This document shows, one piece after another, positions 1 to 12,180 of a stretch of 64,000 nt of DNA; position 1 is the stretch's first letter; each line of letters starts with the position of its first letter. The notes beneath the pieces are model-generated. The model did no database searches. It was not told the origin of the DNA and saw only the letters and a list, made by a program, of their open reading frames with translations. Origin of the DNA: Zancudomyces culisetae HAW-14-8 (lineage: Eukaryota; Fungi; Kickxellomycota); NCBI GenBank assembly GCA_052426225.1, contig JBNJNM010000014.1:496001-560000 (forward strand), given 5' to 3'. The translations under genes were made by a program, and so were the position numbers.

Positions 1-361
1 GCTGAGTGTGTAGAGAACTATGTGCTAAGGATCCACATTCTTCCCATTTCTCGGGTAAAGAAAGAATAGATAAAGGTGATTTTTTTATTTGTTTAAAGGA
101 AATGCCTCTTATCTACTTTGATCTATCTCACACTCACACTCTATCAAATAACAAATAGGCTTGGTTGTATAAAAGTTTTGAAAAAGATTGAAACCACTTG
201 AACTATTTCAAAAAATATAAACACGCAAATAAACTAGATGAATCGATAAAGGTCAAATGTGTAACAGATACATTTAGTGCAAATGAAATAAAATATCGTG
301 AGATTGGTGTGATAACGATCAATGCGGTCTTTTATTACAAAGTATTTTTCTTTTATTTTTT

Positions 362-427
362 TATTGTTTTATTGTTTTATTGTTTTATTGTTTTATTATT
401 TTATTATTTTATTATTTTATTATTTTA
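362..427. repeat. (TATTGTTT/TATTATTT)n low-complexity repeat
   Basis: Tandem 8-mer units visible; they account for the spurious hydrophobic tail of ORF 198..428. Confidence 0.8.
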
Positions 428-2334
428 GCATTTTTACCAATTCCAAAATTGGCGTGATGTAATCCAGAATGATGATTAGATGGTCAAAAAGGACAAATAA
501 ATTTCAAAAATTCTCTAATGTAAAAGACTATTTGAAGGACGGAGAGGGTGTGAGGAAGGGGGAATAAGTGGGAGGGGAGAGGGTGAAATGATGTTTGTTG
601 TAAAATCGATAACGCAAAATTATGAGAATAGCAGGAAAGGGTGGGGGGGATTGTGTGTGCGACTGAGCATGAGTATTGGAGAAGGGTTAAGGGATGTGGC
701 AAATCAACGTTTTCGACAAGTTCTTAATTTGTAATTATTTTATGGCCAATAAACTATGGCAGAAAATTTTTATTTAGTATTTATCCTAGTGGCTGTGAAA
801 AAACAAAATAAAAACGAATAATATAAAATAAAATGGGATATTTATTTGGCAAAGAACTTACTGGTGTTAGCCAAGGTTATAGTGGTAATATTCTTTTTGC
901 ATATTGCGGGATTAATGGCGGGAAAAAAAAAGCCCGTAGAAATATGTGCAATATAGGAAAAAGCGGGAGCAAATGAACGTAAATGGACGTAAATGAACAT
1001 AATTGACTTTACAAAGAGTATATGGGAATGGAAAGTTAAACCCAGTTGGCCAAAGAGCTACATAATGGATCGGTGAGTAAAAGGCATTTCTGGAGGCGAG
1101 AGGAGAAGGGGCGGGGAGGAAATCAGGAGGACGGAGGAGGATGTGGGTGTGAAAGGTAGGGAGTTCCGTAATTAGCGGAAATAAGTATCACGTTCTAGAA
1201 TCTCATCTTCCCCTTCCCTCGCCTTTCGTTTCTCCCCCTCAAGTTTTCTTTGTTCCCACTTTGTCCCCCTGTCCCTTTCCGCTCTCCCCCCCTAAAAAAC
1301 AACAATTTAACGCAAGAATATTCATAATTGAAATTACCAAGCAAAGGGGAAAAGAAAATTAAAAAAATTTTTTTTTCATTTGCTTGGTAAATTTGTGTTG
1401 GTGGCATGAGATAAGAATGATTTTCTCGTGAACGAGTAAAAAAAAAAATAAAAATAAAGGAAAACAGAAGAAGAGAGATATGGAAATATATGTAGAATCG
1501 ACTAAGTATATCAAGTTTTGCCAGTTTTTCTTTTTTTATCACTTTTCTTTCTTTTATGTTTGATGTTTAAAACAAAAGCACAAGGTGAGATATGATCAAG
1601 TTCCGCAATAAAAGCAAAGTATTATTATTATTAAAATTATTATCATGATAAATAGCGCTTTTTTTTGTAACAGGTTAAAAAAGAAAACGTAAAAGTAAAA
1701 CGTAAAAATGTAAAAATGTATAAAAAAAAGATAGAGAATGCTTTGTTGTTTACATTCACGTGAAAAACGAGCTGTTACCGTGTTTTTTTATTTTAGGTAA
1801 ATGTGATTTTATAATTATTTGTAAAATTATACTAGTTGCTTGTTATTAGTCATGTAAAAAAAATAAAATAAAAAGATTAAATAGAAGGGGAAAAAAAACC
1901 AGTGTGAAATTAAAAAAAAAATCAAAAAAAAAATTTTACACGGTAGATTGTGAGCGTGGTTCATTATATTGTTTTTATTATTACTATTATTATACTGTTA
2001 TTATTATTAGTTTTGCACCAAGAGTGATTGGAATTAAGGTTTGGATGTGAATAAATATAAAAGATATTCCCTTTTTTTTGTTTTTTGTTTTTTTAGCAAA
2101 AGGGGATTGTTTAGTTTAAAATATATTACTTTTCATCTTTTTATTTTTCATCAAGTTTTACATTGCCTCGGGCCTTCAATTTTTTTTATTTTAATCATTC
2201 TTGAATCTTGATAATAATAAAAGGTTATTGTTGTCAATAAAACAAACCAAAACAAAAGAAGTGAAGGTTATAAAGAGGTACATACAACTTGTGCATTACA
2301 ATTACAAGAAAAACAAAATAGAAATTAAACACAC

Positions 2335-4494
2335 ATGGAGCAAAAAGCAACATCAAAATACTATACCGAACAATTTGGTAAGTATGCACAGTATGTCAGG
2401 CAACACACAGAAAAGGACAAGCGTTCTGGAGAAGAAAGTGTAGAAGATACTGATGGTGACGCGAACAAGCAGGAAACCCTGTTGATGGACAAAAGGGGAT
2501 TTGAAGAAAGTTTTTCAGTATTGGAGTTTAGTGACAGTGAGAAGAAGAAGGAAATGCTTGATTTACTATTCGATCTAGTTGATGTCAAGGGACAAGGAAA
2601 TATCAGTGTGGAGGATTATGTAGAGTTCCACAAAATCCTGCATAAAAACGATGCACCATTTGAAGTTCTATATAGATATTTCCAGGGAGGAAATAAAAGA
2701 AGTGATGAACAAGATGGTGATAATGCATCAAGCCAAGACAAAATTCTAATAGACTACAAGGAATTCAAGGAAAAGGCTAGCAAGAAGTTTGGAATATTTT
2801 CAAACGAAAATAGTAGCCAGCGAAATATAGAAAAAGCAGAATGGGAAAAGTATTTTGGAAATAAAAAACAAATTACATATGCTGAATTTTCCGAGCTGAT
2901 ACTAGAAGTGGAGCGACAAGCAGGTGATTACTATTTCAAGAAGTACGATGATAAGCAAAGTGGATATATTTCAGCAGATGATTTGGAAAAAGTACTAAAA
3001 TACATGGCACCATTGAGGATGAAAAAGACAATGGTGGAACGAATCAATGGATACTACCAAAAAAGTGGACAGATCAGTTATCCCGAATATACAGCGATGC
3101 TTAACCTGTTTGATAAGCTGGGAGTAATTTCAACGGTTTCTGATCATATTGTAAAGTTTTACAAGAAAAACAGTTCAAAGATCAGCGTTGACCAGTTTGA
3201 ACAGGTGGTTATGGGAATGGGATATGATAATTTATTTAGTCCACTAGAACTAGAATTGTTTTTCCGATTTATTGGACAAAATGAACATAGCAAAGAAATA
3301 GGTTTAGAAGGATTGCAACGAATAGCAGAAGTATCATTTGTAAACCGAATCGGAGGTAGCAAGAACGATGATGATGCAGCTGGAGAGGAGGCAGGTGTAA
3401 AGGTAAAGGCAAAGGCAGATAAGGAGAGTCGTACATTGGCTGGAGAATTGGCATTCCAGGCATACAACTTTGGAGTAGGAGCAGTGGCAGGAGGAGTTGG
3501 AGCAACAGCAGTGTATCCAATAGATTTGGTGAAGACAAGACTCCAAAACCAACGCACCAATGTAGTAGGACAAGTATTATACAAGAATGGATTGGACTGT
3601 TTCCGCAAAGTAATAAGCAATGAAGGACCTCGTGGATTGTATCGAGGATTGGGACCTCAGCTTATTGGAGTAGCACCAGAAAAGGCCATTAAACTTACAG
3701 TTAATGACTTTGTACGAACCAGATTTACCGATCCAACAACAGGGGAGATTCATGTTGGAGCGGAAGTGGCAGCGGGAGGAATTGCGGGAGCGTGTCAGGT
3801 GGTATTCACCAATCCGCTGGAGATAGTCAAGATCAGGTTACAGGTGCAAGGAGAGCTACTCAAGGCAGCAAAGATTGATACACCAGTAATGCGATATGGA
3901 GCAGTATCGATAGTCAAGGAGTTGGGATTGTTGGGATTATACAAGGGTGCAGCAGCATGTTTGTTGCGAGACATTCCATTCAGTATGATATACTTCCCAA
4001 CATACTTCCATTTGAAACGCGATTACTATGGAGAAAGCGATACACGACCGCTGAAGAAGCACGAGCTGTTGACTGCAGGAGCATTAGCAGGAGTTCCAGC
4101 AGCTTATCTAACTACTCCAGCCGATGTCATCAAGACTCGATTACAGGTCAAGCCAACCGATGGCCAGCTTGCTTACAACGGAATGGTAAATGCAGCTCGT
4201 CGTATTTATGCCGAAGAAGGCTTTAAGGCTTTCTTTAAGGGTGGCGTACAACGTATTATTCGATCAAGTCCACAGTTCGGTGTTACTTTGCTGTGTTATG
4301 AACTTATTCACCAACACATGCCATTCCCCGAACAACGTTTTTCATCTTCACCCACTCCTACTTCTAATCCAGCTGCTACTCCAACTGCTATTCCTACTCC
4401 AGCTAGACTAACTCCTCGTGATATCGACTTGTTACATGCCGAACGTGTTTTGCGTATGGTCCAGAAATTCGACTACCGTTTCGGCTCTGCCTAA
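2335..4494 (+). CDS. AGC1: Mitochondrial aspartate/glutamate carrier (Agc1/aralar/citrin family) with N-terminal EF-hand region
   Basis: 719 aa intronless ORF. Three carrier signatures (PIDLVKTRLQ, PLEIVKIRLQ, PADVIKTRLQ), AGC-typical GVAPEKAIKLTVND, LLRDIPFS and RSSPQFGVTL, and EF-hand-like loops DVKGQGNISVEDY and DDKQSGYISADDL. Confidence 0.93.
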   Translation: MEQKATSKYYTEQFGKYAQYVRQHTEKDKRSGEESVEDTDGDANKQETLLMDKRGFEESFSVLEFSDSEKKKEMLDLLFDLVDVKGQGNISVEDYVEFHKILHKNDAPFEVLYRYFQGGNKRSDEQDGDNASSQDKILIDYKEFKEKASKKFGIFSNENSSQRNIEKAEWEKYFGNKKQITYAEFSELILEVERQAGDYYFKKYDDKQSGYISADDLEKVLKYMAPLRMKKTMVERINGYYQKSGQISYPEYTAMLNLFDKLGVISTVSDHIVKFYKKNSSKISVDQFEQVVMGMGYDNLFSPLELELFFRFIGQNEHSKEIGLEGLQRIAEVSFVNRIGGSKNDDDAAGEEAGVKVKAKADKESRTLAGELAFQAYNFGVGAVAGGVGATAVYPIDLVKTRLQNQRTNVVGQVLYKNGLDCFRKVISNEGPRGLYRGLGPQLIGVAPEKAIKLTVNDFVRTRFTDPTTGEIHVGAEVAAGGIAGACQVVFTNPLEIVKIRLQVQGELLKAAKIDTPVMRYGAVSIVKELGLLGLYKGAAACLLRDIPFSMIYFPTYFHLKRDYYGESDTRPLKKHELLTAGALAGVPAAYLTTPADVIKTRLQVKPTDGQLAYNGMVNAARRIYAEEGFKAFFKGGVQRIIRSSPQFGVTLLCYELIHQHMPFPEQRFSSSPTPTSNPAATPTAIPTPARLTPRDIDLLHAERVLRMVQKFDYRFGSA

Positions 4495-4556
4495 TCAATT
4501 ACTCTCTTTCCTTCCCTCTTTTCCTTTCTTAATTCTACTTTCTTTTTTTCTTTTTT

Positions 4557-6317
4557 TTAGCCGCTTGCTGTAGTATTGTAATACTGCTGCAATTGCCGCT
4601 TGTATATTTCACGATCCTCTTTCAAGTCTTCAATAGTCTCTTGTTTCTCTCCCAACAGTTCCAACAATGTCTGATGCTGTGCCTGTAACTGCTGGTGCAT
4701 CGTCTGCAATTCATTAATCTCATTTCTCAATGCTATTAGTTCTCGTTGCATCTTTGTTTTGTTTTGTTGTAACTTTTGGTTTTCATTGATTAGCTGTCGA
4801 ACCTGCTGCATATTACTTTGCTGCCCTTTCTCTACTTGTATTCCTTTCCCCTTCTCTTTTTCTTTTTCTTTCTCTTCCTCTTTTTCTACTTTTCTACTCT
4901 TTTCCTCTAGCCTTTCTACTTGTTTCTCTATCTCTTTTTCCCTTTCTATCAACTTTTCATTCTCAATCAATTTCACCCTTTCCCTTTCTCTGAGCTGTTG
5001 GTTTTCCTCTTCTAATCGCCTTATTATTTCCTCATTTTCTTTATTCTTTGCCCTCTCCTTATCAATTTTACCCTCCATCTCCTCTTTTATTTTGCCATAC
5101 TCTCCCTCCAATTCCTCCTTCACTGTTTTTCTCATTTGGCTCTCTAAATCCCTATTCGATTCTTCTTTCCTCTTCCTTTCTGCCTCAATCTCTTCTAGCA
5201 ACTGCTCCACTTGTTTGCTCTTTCTATTCACCGTTGCCTGCAGCCCTTCTATCTTTTTCACCAATGGTGAATTGCTAGCCATTATTCGTTTTTCTACCTC
5301 TATGTTTTCTCGCTCCATCATTCTAACTTGTTCTCGTAACGCCTTGTTCTGCATCACACTATTTCCCATCGCCTCCATCTTTTCTTCCTCTGCATTTGCC
5401 ACTCGCTGTCTTAAAATATCCCCTTGCATATCTAAATCCTGAATCCTCTCCTCCATCCCATGCATTTCTATCTTCATTCCTTCATTCGCTTTTTTTAGTT
5501 CATCTACTTGTCGCTCCAGCCTCTTGATGCGCTCTTGTGCCTTATCCAATTCTTTTTGCTTACTTTCTACCTGTTTTGCTATCTCTTCTGCCCCTCTTGT
5601 CTGAGAATCCTCTCTTTGCTGCTGTTGTTTTTGTCGTTCGTCCTGTTCATTTCGTTTCATTTTGCCCAAAACTTCTTCATACCTCCGCTTGTACTCGTTT
5701 CCTGCTTTTACTGCTATTCCCAACTTTTTTCGTAGTTTTTCAATTTCTTGATCTTTTACTTGCTCAATACTTGCCCTTTGTTGTCTACTATCATCTTCCC
5801 TCTCTACCCCTCCTCCTCCTCCATTACTGACTCTTCCAATATCCCTTTCATTTTCTCCCCTTTTGCTTGCATTTTCCAAAACCCCTTTGCTCAAAGTCCT
5901 TTTTATCTCAACTCCTTCACTTCTTCTTCCTTCCACCATACTCATGCTCTTATCACCACTAACACTTTGTTGTCTTCTCATCTCTAATTTGTTTTGTAAT
6001 CCCGCTGATTGAATCCTATCTTTTTCTCGCCTCTGCCCAGTCTCCCCATTAAGTTCTCGTTCACGCAGTTTCTCTGATAAATTACCACCACTATTACCAC
6101 CTGTTCTTGCACCCATTCCAATCGCTCCCCCGCTTCCCATTCCTGGCATCATTGGTGCTTCTTGAACATCTAGAACCTTATCAAATGTACTTTCTACCTG
6201 CGTCAACGCCTGCTTCAGATAATCTCCCCATCTTGATCCCTCTTTCTTTTTACTCCCCACACCATTACTATCACTATTACCGCTGCTATTGCTATTCCCT
6301 GTATTGAAAAAACTCAT
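4557..6317 (-). CDS. TMF1/Sgm1-like Golgi coiled-coil protein
   Basis: First ATG at 6317 (track start is TTG). N-terminal WGDYLKQALTQVESTFDKVLD, long coiled coil, C-terminal TLLELLGEKQETIEDLKEDREIYKRQL matching the TMF C-terminal domain. Confidence 0.8.
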   Translation of the reverse strand: MSFFNTGNSNSSGNSDSNGVGSKKKEGSRWGDYLKQALTQVESTFDKVLDVQEAPMMPGMGSGGAIGMGARTGGNSGGNLSEKLRERELNGETGQRREKDRIQSAGLQNKLEMRRQQSVSGDKSMSMVEGRRSEGVEIKRTLSKGVLENASKRGENERDIGRVSNGGGGGVEREDDSRQQRASIEQVKDQEIEKLRKKLGIAVKAGNEYKRRYEEVLGKMKRNEQDERQKQQQQREDSQTRGAEEIAKQVESKQKELDKAQERIKRLERQVDELKKANEGMKIEMHGMEERIQDLDMQGDILRQRVANAEEEKMEAMGNSVMQNKALREQVRMMERENIEVEKRIMASNSPLVKKIEGLQATVNRKSKQVEQLLEEIEAERKRKEESNRDLESQMRKTVKEELEGEYGKIKEEMEGKIDKERAKNKENEEIIRRLEEENQQLRERERVKLIENEKLIEREKEIEKQVERLEEKSRKVEKEEEKEKEKEKGKGIQVEKGQQSNMQQVRQLINENQKLQQNKTKMQRELIALRNEINELQTMHQQLQAQHQTLLELLGEKQETIEDLKEDREIYKRQLQQYYNTTASG

Positions 6318-6803
6318 TACCAATTCGTTAATCTATTTATTTTTATTCTATTTCCATTCAAGACTTGTTTAACTCTTCCACACTTAAAGCTCTGATTACT
6401 TTGTCTTTTCCCGCCTCTATTCAAACTTTGCTGAAATCGTTTGTTGTTTTGATTTTCTATCTTGGCTTCTATATTTACCTTTTTATTTATTTAAAACAGC
6501 TATTGTATTGACACCCAATTGTGTGTGCTCATTAATTATTTTTTTTACCATTTATATTAACTAAACCCAATTAAATTGCACCAATTGTGTATTAGTTTTT
6601 TTTCTTCTCTTTTAAATGTTGGGAATTAATAAACTAAAATTTTTTCAATTGAAATCGAAAAATAAAAAACTGAAAAGGTTTAGCAAGTAATATATATATA
6701 CATTTATATACAATATATGAATCGACAATTATAATTATTCTCATTACTCTTGTTGTAAAAGTATAAAATCTAAGCTAGTTAACGGCGTAAATAGTCCAGA
6801 ATA

Positions 6804-7367
6804 ATGAGTATCTCTGTAGAATTCGGGTATGTTGATTTTTATCCTATTAGTAAGTACAAACCTCACCTTTTTTTTTTGAATACTGATTAATGTACTATTA
6901 CAATATATATCCATAGTGGGGGAATGGAATTGCTTTTTGGTGGAAAAACAAAATCCACAGTTGAGCTTTGCAATATTACCTCAAAATCTCAAAACGATAA
7001 GGCTGATAGTCGCAGCCAAGCTACTGATGGAACGAAACATTCTCCTCGAATAAGCGATTTGATCTTGTATCTTAGTGAAAACCTGCTGACTCAGAGCCCT
7101 GATCTTTTTATACAGCATAATGAACTGTAAGTGCAAGGGGAAGAAGAAGGAGAAGGGGGAAAATCAAGTATAATATTATTACCATTATATTTTTTGCTTT
7201 AATGTTTTTTGTCACTTATTTATTCAAACTATACATATTGTTTAAATAGACGACCAGGAATTCTTGTTCTTATAAATGATGCCGATTGGGAACTCGAAGA
7301 TGGTCCACTATATACTTTACAAGATAAGGATACAATCACTTTTATTTCAACTTTGCACGGTGGTTAA
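6804..7367 (+). CDS. URM1: Ubiquitin-related modifier 1 (3 exons: 6804-6826, 6917-7126, 7250-7367)
   Basis: Spliced product [15 protein letters not shown]...[17 protein letters not shown]...[10 protein letters not shown]; GTATGT and GTAAGT donors and TAG acceptors keep frame; C-terminal diGly. Confidence 0.95.
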
Positions 7368-8196
7368 TCAATTTTGTTTCTATGTCTACTTCCCCCCCCC
7401 CTCCATCAATAATTGAGCGATTTGAAAAATAGTTTTATCCTACTTTTATATATATTTATATATTTATATAAAGATTTAAATATTTCATTTTTGTTTTTTT
7501 TTAATAGACTTGTTTAATTTCTTTTAAAAGTATAAGAAATAGTGTTAATAAAATACAAACAGAATTTCATAATTTGAATGGTTATCCCATTTACACATTG
7601 GACTGATTGAAAACCAGACACAAGAGTGAATAGATACTTGCGAATATGTCAATAGCTTTGAAATTCATAATGTCAATCCACTTTATACAAAACAAACTGA
7701 CTATGGATTTTGAGAACACTGATGGTTACTATTTATTTTTTTATTTATGCTCACTTGCTCCAAAACTAATTGGAACTCGAATATATTATTGATGGATTGT
7801 ATCCAATCTACCTTTATAGCACTAATTCCCGTTCCTGTATTGTTTACGACAAACGTTTATCTTTTTCAAAAGTAAAATAATTCATACTATATGAAGCAGT
7901 ATATTCTACTACAAAGAATATAAAATGCCATAGTTTGCTACATCTCCTCAATATCTTGAATATTTCACTTTCCTCGCTACAAATCGTTTTATATAGTTTA
8001 CTTTTGACTATTTATCACATTTTGCTCAAAAAAAAATATAGTAAAGAAAAAACTATTTCTTAATAAATGACCAATGATTGTATTCTCATTGGCGGTTGAA
8101 ACTCGTTTGGAACCGTCCTTGATTCGCCCATCAAAAAAAGCACTGGCTGGGATGTTATAGCTATGGGGCTTGTAGAAAAGTCCGCAAAAAGGTAAC

Positions 8197-8269
8197 TGCT
8201 CTGGGTGAGGTTCGAACTCACGACCTTGAGATTATGAGACTCACGCTCTACCGACTGAGCCACCAAAGC
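8197..8269 (-). tRNA. tRNA-Met (CAU), elongator type
   Basis: Reverse complement GCTTTGGTGGCTCAGTCGGTAGAGCGTGAGTCTCATAATCTCAAGGTCGTGAGTTCGAACCTCACCCAGAGCA: 73-nt cloverleaf, TTCGAA T-loop, CAT anticodon, U31-U39 mismatch typical of eukaryotic elongator Met; T5 terminator at 8190-8186. Confidence 0.95.
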
Positions 8270-11200
8270 AATTTTTTTGTCGAGGTCTTGCTTTTTTTTT
8301 GTGTGCTAATGTACTACTTTTGTTTATTTTATATATAATTAAAAGTATTATTTTTTACTTTTATACCAAAATAGTTTTGTGAATTTGAATAGTCTATTAC
8401 ATTTATCAAGTAGGTTCAAAAAGCTTTTTTTTTTTAGGGTAAGGTGGTTGATATAACACTCTTCTATCGGCTTTTAACAGAATTCAATATATTTGCACAC
8501 ATCAATAAAACTCAAAAATACATTTTGAATTGGTAACCTTATTTTCTCTATACATTTGTATTCACAGCCTTAAACACGGTAAACAAGCTACATGTACAAT
8601 GCTTTTAATTAACAGTACATTGTTGTTTATATTTTTTTACCAAGATAAAACTGTAGTAACTGGGGTAAGTTTTAGAAAAATATCTTGTTTCAAAAAACTT
8701 TAGTACTGTATTTATAAGTGAGTGCTACATATTGGTGTTTTATTAGTTTGGAAGAGAAAAAAGAGTGAATATTTTCTTTATTTTAACTAATTTCCGAGTA
8801 GAGAGTACCTATTTATAAACCAAATGTACCTGAATGATGATGAGTCAGATAAGTATTGAGAGTGTATGTTGAATGAATTAAAATACCGACTACGCTAGTA
8901 AAAATAGATTTATTAAAAACCAAACACAACAACAGGTTTAACAAACTAAAAATAACGCAGTTTTTATACACGGACTATTACAATTTTTCGCAAAGCTATA
9001 TCGGCGGAGAAAGCAATTATGAAAAGGGGAGAGCGAGATTGAGTGAAGGGATAATGAAAAAACGGTATCGATAGCATCTCTAAATGAACAAACTGGACAC
9101 AATAGAAAAGGTTGGAGAGAAAAGAGAGAAAAGGAAAAAAAAAAGAAATCTGAAAAAGTTTTTTTTTTTTGGGTGTTCTGCTTTGCAACTGGGGTGTACT
9201 GATATGGCTAACATTGGGTAATTAAAGAAAAAATAAAGGAAGGAAGAAGGCAAGTCGAAAAGTAGTAGTAACATTTGTTGGTTTTAATTAACGGGGTTTT
9301 AAAGATATCATTTCACAGAAACAAAAGTGGTGTGAGGTTTTGGATACAATTATTAGTCAGAATTACAAAATAGCCGATTACATATTTCTAATAATACTGT
9401 TATACGTAAAACACTATTTCTCCTTGCTATCTTTGTAACGCCTACACACTGAAGAATGTGATGAGTAGTATGATATTCAGTTTTCTAAACCCACTCTTAT
9501 TTACTCTTTTGATCCACTACAACTAATGATAGTAATGATGATAGTAATAGTAATAGTAAAAGGCAAATAGTTGCGCAATTGTTTTGTATCCCCTACAATT
9601 ACAACTTTGAGTCCAATATTTTGCTTTTGTTTTTTTTAGTTGGCCTTTTCTATGTTAATAGTGGGAGTCTTTTTGTTGTGGACAATAAAACGGATTGGAA
9701 TTGAGAAGTTTATTCCTTGTAAATGGCGATACACTAATTGCTTTACTAATAATGAGAGACTTGTTTGTCGTTTATTTTATACTCTTTAGAAATGCGTGTT
9801 GATGTTAAAAATAAACTATAGATTTGTAAGAGTAGGCTCAAAATTTAAACAACAGATGTAGCTTATTCAGCAGTGATAAATTGTTCAACAAGTGAAAAGT
9901 TAAAAGAAAATTTTTTTATACACGTGTAACAAGTAAAATAATAATGAAACGATATCAATACCCGTTTAATAGCTACTTTATTAGCAAATAAATAGCGTAT
10001 TAATATATCATAGCCTAAAATAGAGTAAATGATTATTGAAGACACAAAGTGAGGAATAAAAGCAGATTGTACCATCCATACCACTTTAGATGTCCCAATC
10101 AAGTTAGCGGAGAGGATGCTAATATTTACTTTGTATAAATATCTCTATTCTGAAGTGAGTAAAGTATTATAAAATGACAAATGAAATGGTATATACTAGT
10201 ATGAGTCAGACGTCAAAAAAAAAAGATTGATGCAGTTACCAGCAAAATATAAGGTTTTATAATTGTTTTTCACTTGCCCATTTTTGTGGAAGAATTAAAC
10301 AGTGAATCAGCAGGATTCAACACCAATTCGCCATTTATGTATTTTTTGGGATGAAAAGTCAGTATAAGTAGTAGACCTTGTTTCTAACTCGTGCTGATAT
10401 TGTTGTGATAATATGGTAATATAATAATGATGGGTGTAAAGGACTATTGGCGTTTTTAAAATTTGTTTTCTATGGTGCAAATTGATAGTATAAGGGCTAA
10501 CCGCCAAACTGGTTGAGAAAAAAAAAAAGAAAAGTGGATGCTTTTTTTTTTTACTGCAAATTTTGTAATAGGGATATTAAAATTTTGCTTATTTATTGTA
10601 AATCCCAAAATACAAAAACTAAAAAAAAAAAGGGAGGAGAGCAAAGCTCATCTTTCCAATTTGATAGTTTGTTGCCCATTTTATCATAACCAACTATGAG
10701 AGTAAACAAGTAGTAGTGGTACTATTTGTATGGTTGTGCGAGTAAACAATAGCATATGAGTATAGGTGTGTTGCATTAATTTGTGTGTTCATTTTGCTTA
10801 AACTTTGGTGTGAGCAGAAATTGGTAAATCGGGAAAAGCGGGCAAAGCAATGTGTAAAGGATACAAAGTAGAAACAAGGGCGAAGGTTTAAAGTGTTTAA
10901 AAAACTTTGGTGACTTTTAATGTGTTACAAACTTGTAAGTTGAACGTACAAAAATAAATATAGACATTTCCATATTAAATGTAAGAATATTTCCATTTGA
11001 AGGGAAGCAGAGTTACCATCTTCGTTTATAGAAAATAATAGAGAGGATAATTATTTTAGATTTATAAGATACTTCAAACAAGGTCTTATTGTATAGTCAA
11101 TAGTAGGAAAAAAAAATAATTCGAGTCAGTAATGTTGAAAAAGTGTAAAAATAAAAAAAATGAGCTTAAACAAAATCCACTAAATAATCAATAAACCCAA

Positions 11201-12126
11201 CATTTTGCTAAATCGTTTAAAAAAATGAATCACCAATAGCGATTAGGTAATTAATTGATGAAAAAAGCAAAAAAATTATATTATTTTTACGAGAAATAAA
11301 GGAATAAATACAAAGATTTGTGGCAAAAATTAAGGCAGAAAAGCAAAATCATATAAAAATATTGAAAAAAGCAATAGAGGAAAAAAGGAAAAAACTATTT
11401 TTCAATTAAATTACAAAACTATAAACAAAGTATAGCCTTGAAAATAAAAAGAGCTTAAATAGAATGTTGAACTATTTAGGTTAATCCATATACATGCGAT
11501 CTACCAGGAAAATAGGTTTTTTTTTGTATCATTTTATATGTAAACCCGACAATTATTATTTTGAATTACAAAATACATGGTCCCCATTATTTCATCAATA
11601 AAATGCAGCAAATGAAATGGATTTAGTAAACAGTAAAAATAAAAAACATCACTCAAAAAACAAAAACAAACAATAGTAATAAAATAATAGCAATAATAGC
11701 AATAGTAATAATAATAATAATTATTATTTATTTTTATCAAGAAAACAAGATGGTAACAACTCTTAAAAGTAATACGGGACTCGGTTGAAAATAATTTTTT
11801 TTTACGAGGCAACTAAACTAGCATTTGAAAATTTGGTAAATATAGAAATTGAAATATAATTATATATTAATTAAAGTTAAGGCTAAAGCTGAAGAAAAAG
11901 GAAAAGAAAAGGCAAAAAAAATATAAACGTATTTTATTTTTACTAGTATTTGATTTTGAATTGTTAGTCAAAGGGGACTAAAAAAGCTGTTCTTTTGAAT
12001 TGAAGGGGTATCATTGCTACTATTAAAGAAGCAAGATAGTAAAAAATAGAGAGAAAAACAGATATTTTTAAAACAAGATAGTATAGCCACTCTTTTTTAA
12101 ACACGGGTAGATAACGTATAAAGGTT

Positions 12127-12180
12127 GATAGATAGATAGATAGATAGATAGATATAGATAGATATAGATAGATAGATATA
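12127..12180. repeat. (GATA)n/(GATATA)n microsatellite
   Basis: Direct tandem repeat. Confidence 0.9.

Noticed and set aside
198-1542. Short ORFs such as 198..428, 484..702 and 1195..1542
   Set aside because: Products of AT-rich or purine/pyrimidine low-complexity DNA, with non-ATG starts and no motifs
8060-8266. 68-aa ORF
   Set aside because: Overlaps and is explained by the tRNA-Met gene
8834-9470. RTGATGA box C motifs as C/D snoRNAs
   Set aside because: No suitably placed CTGA box D or terminal stem
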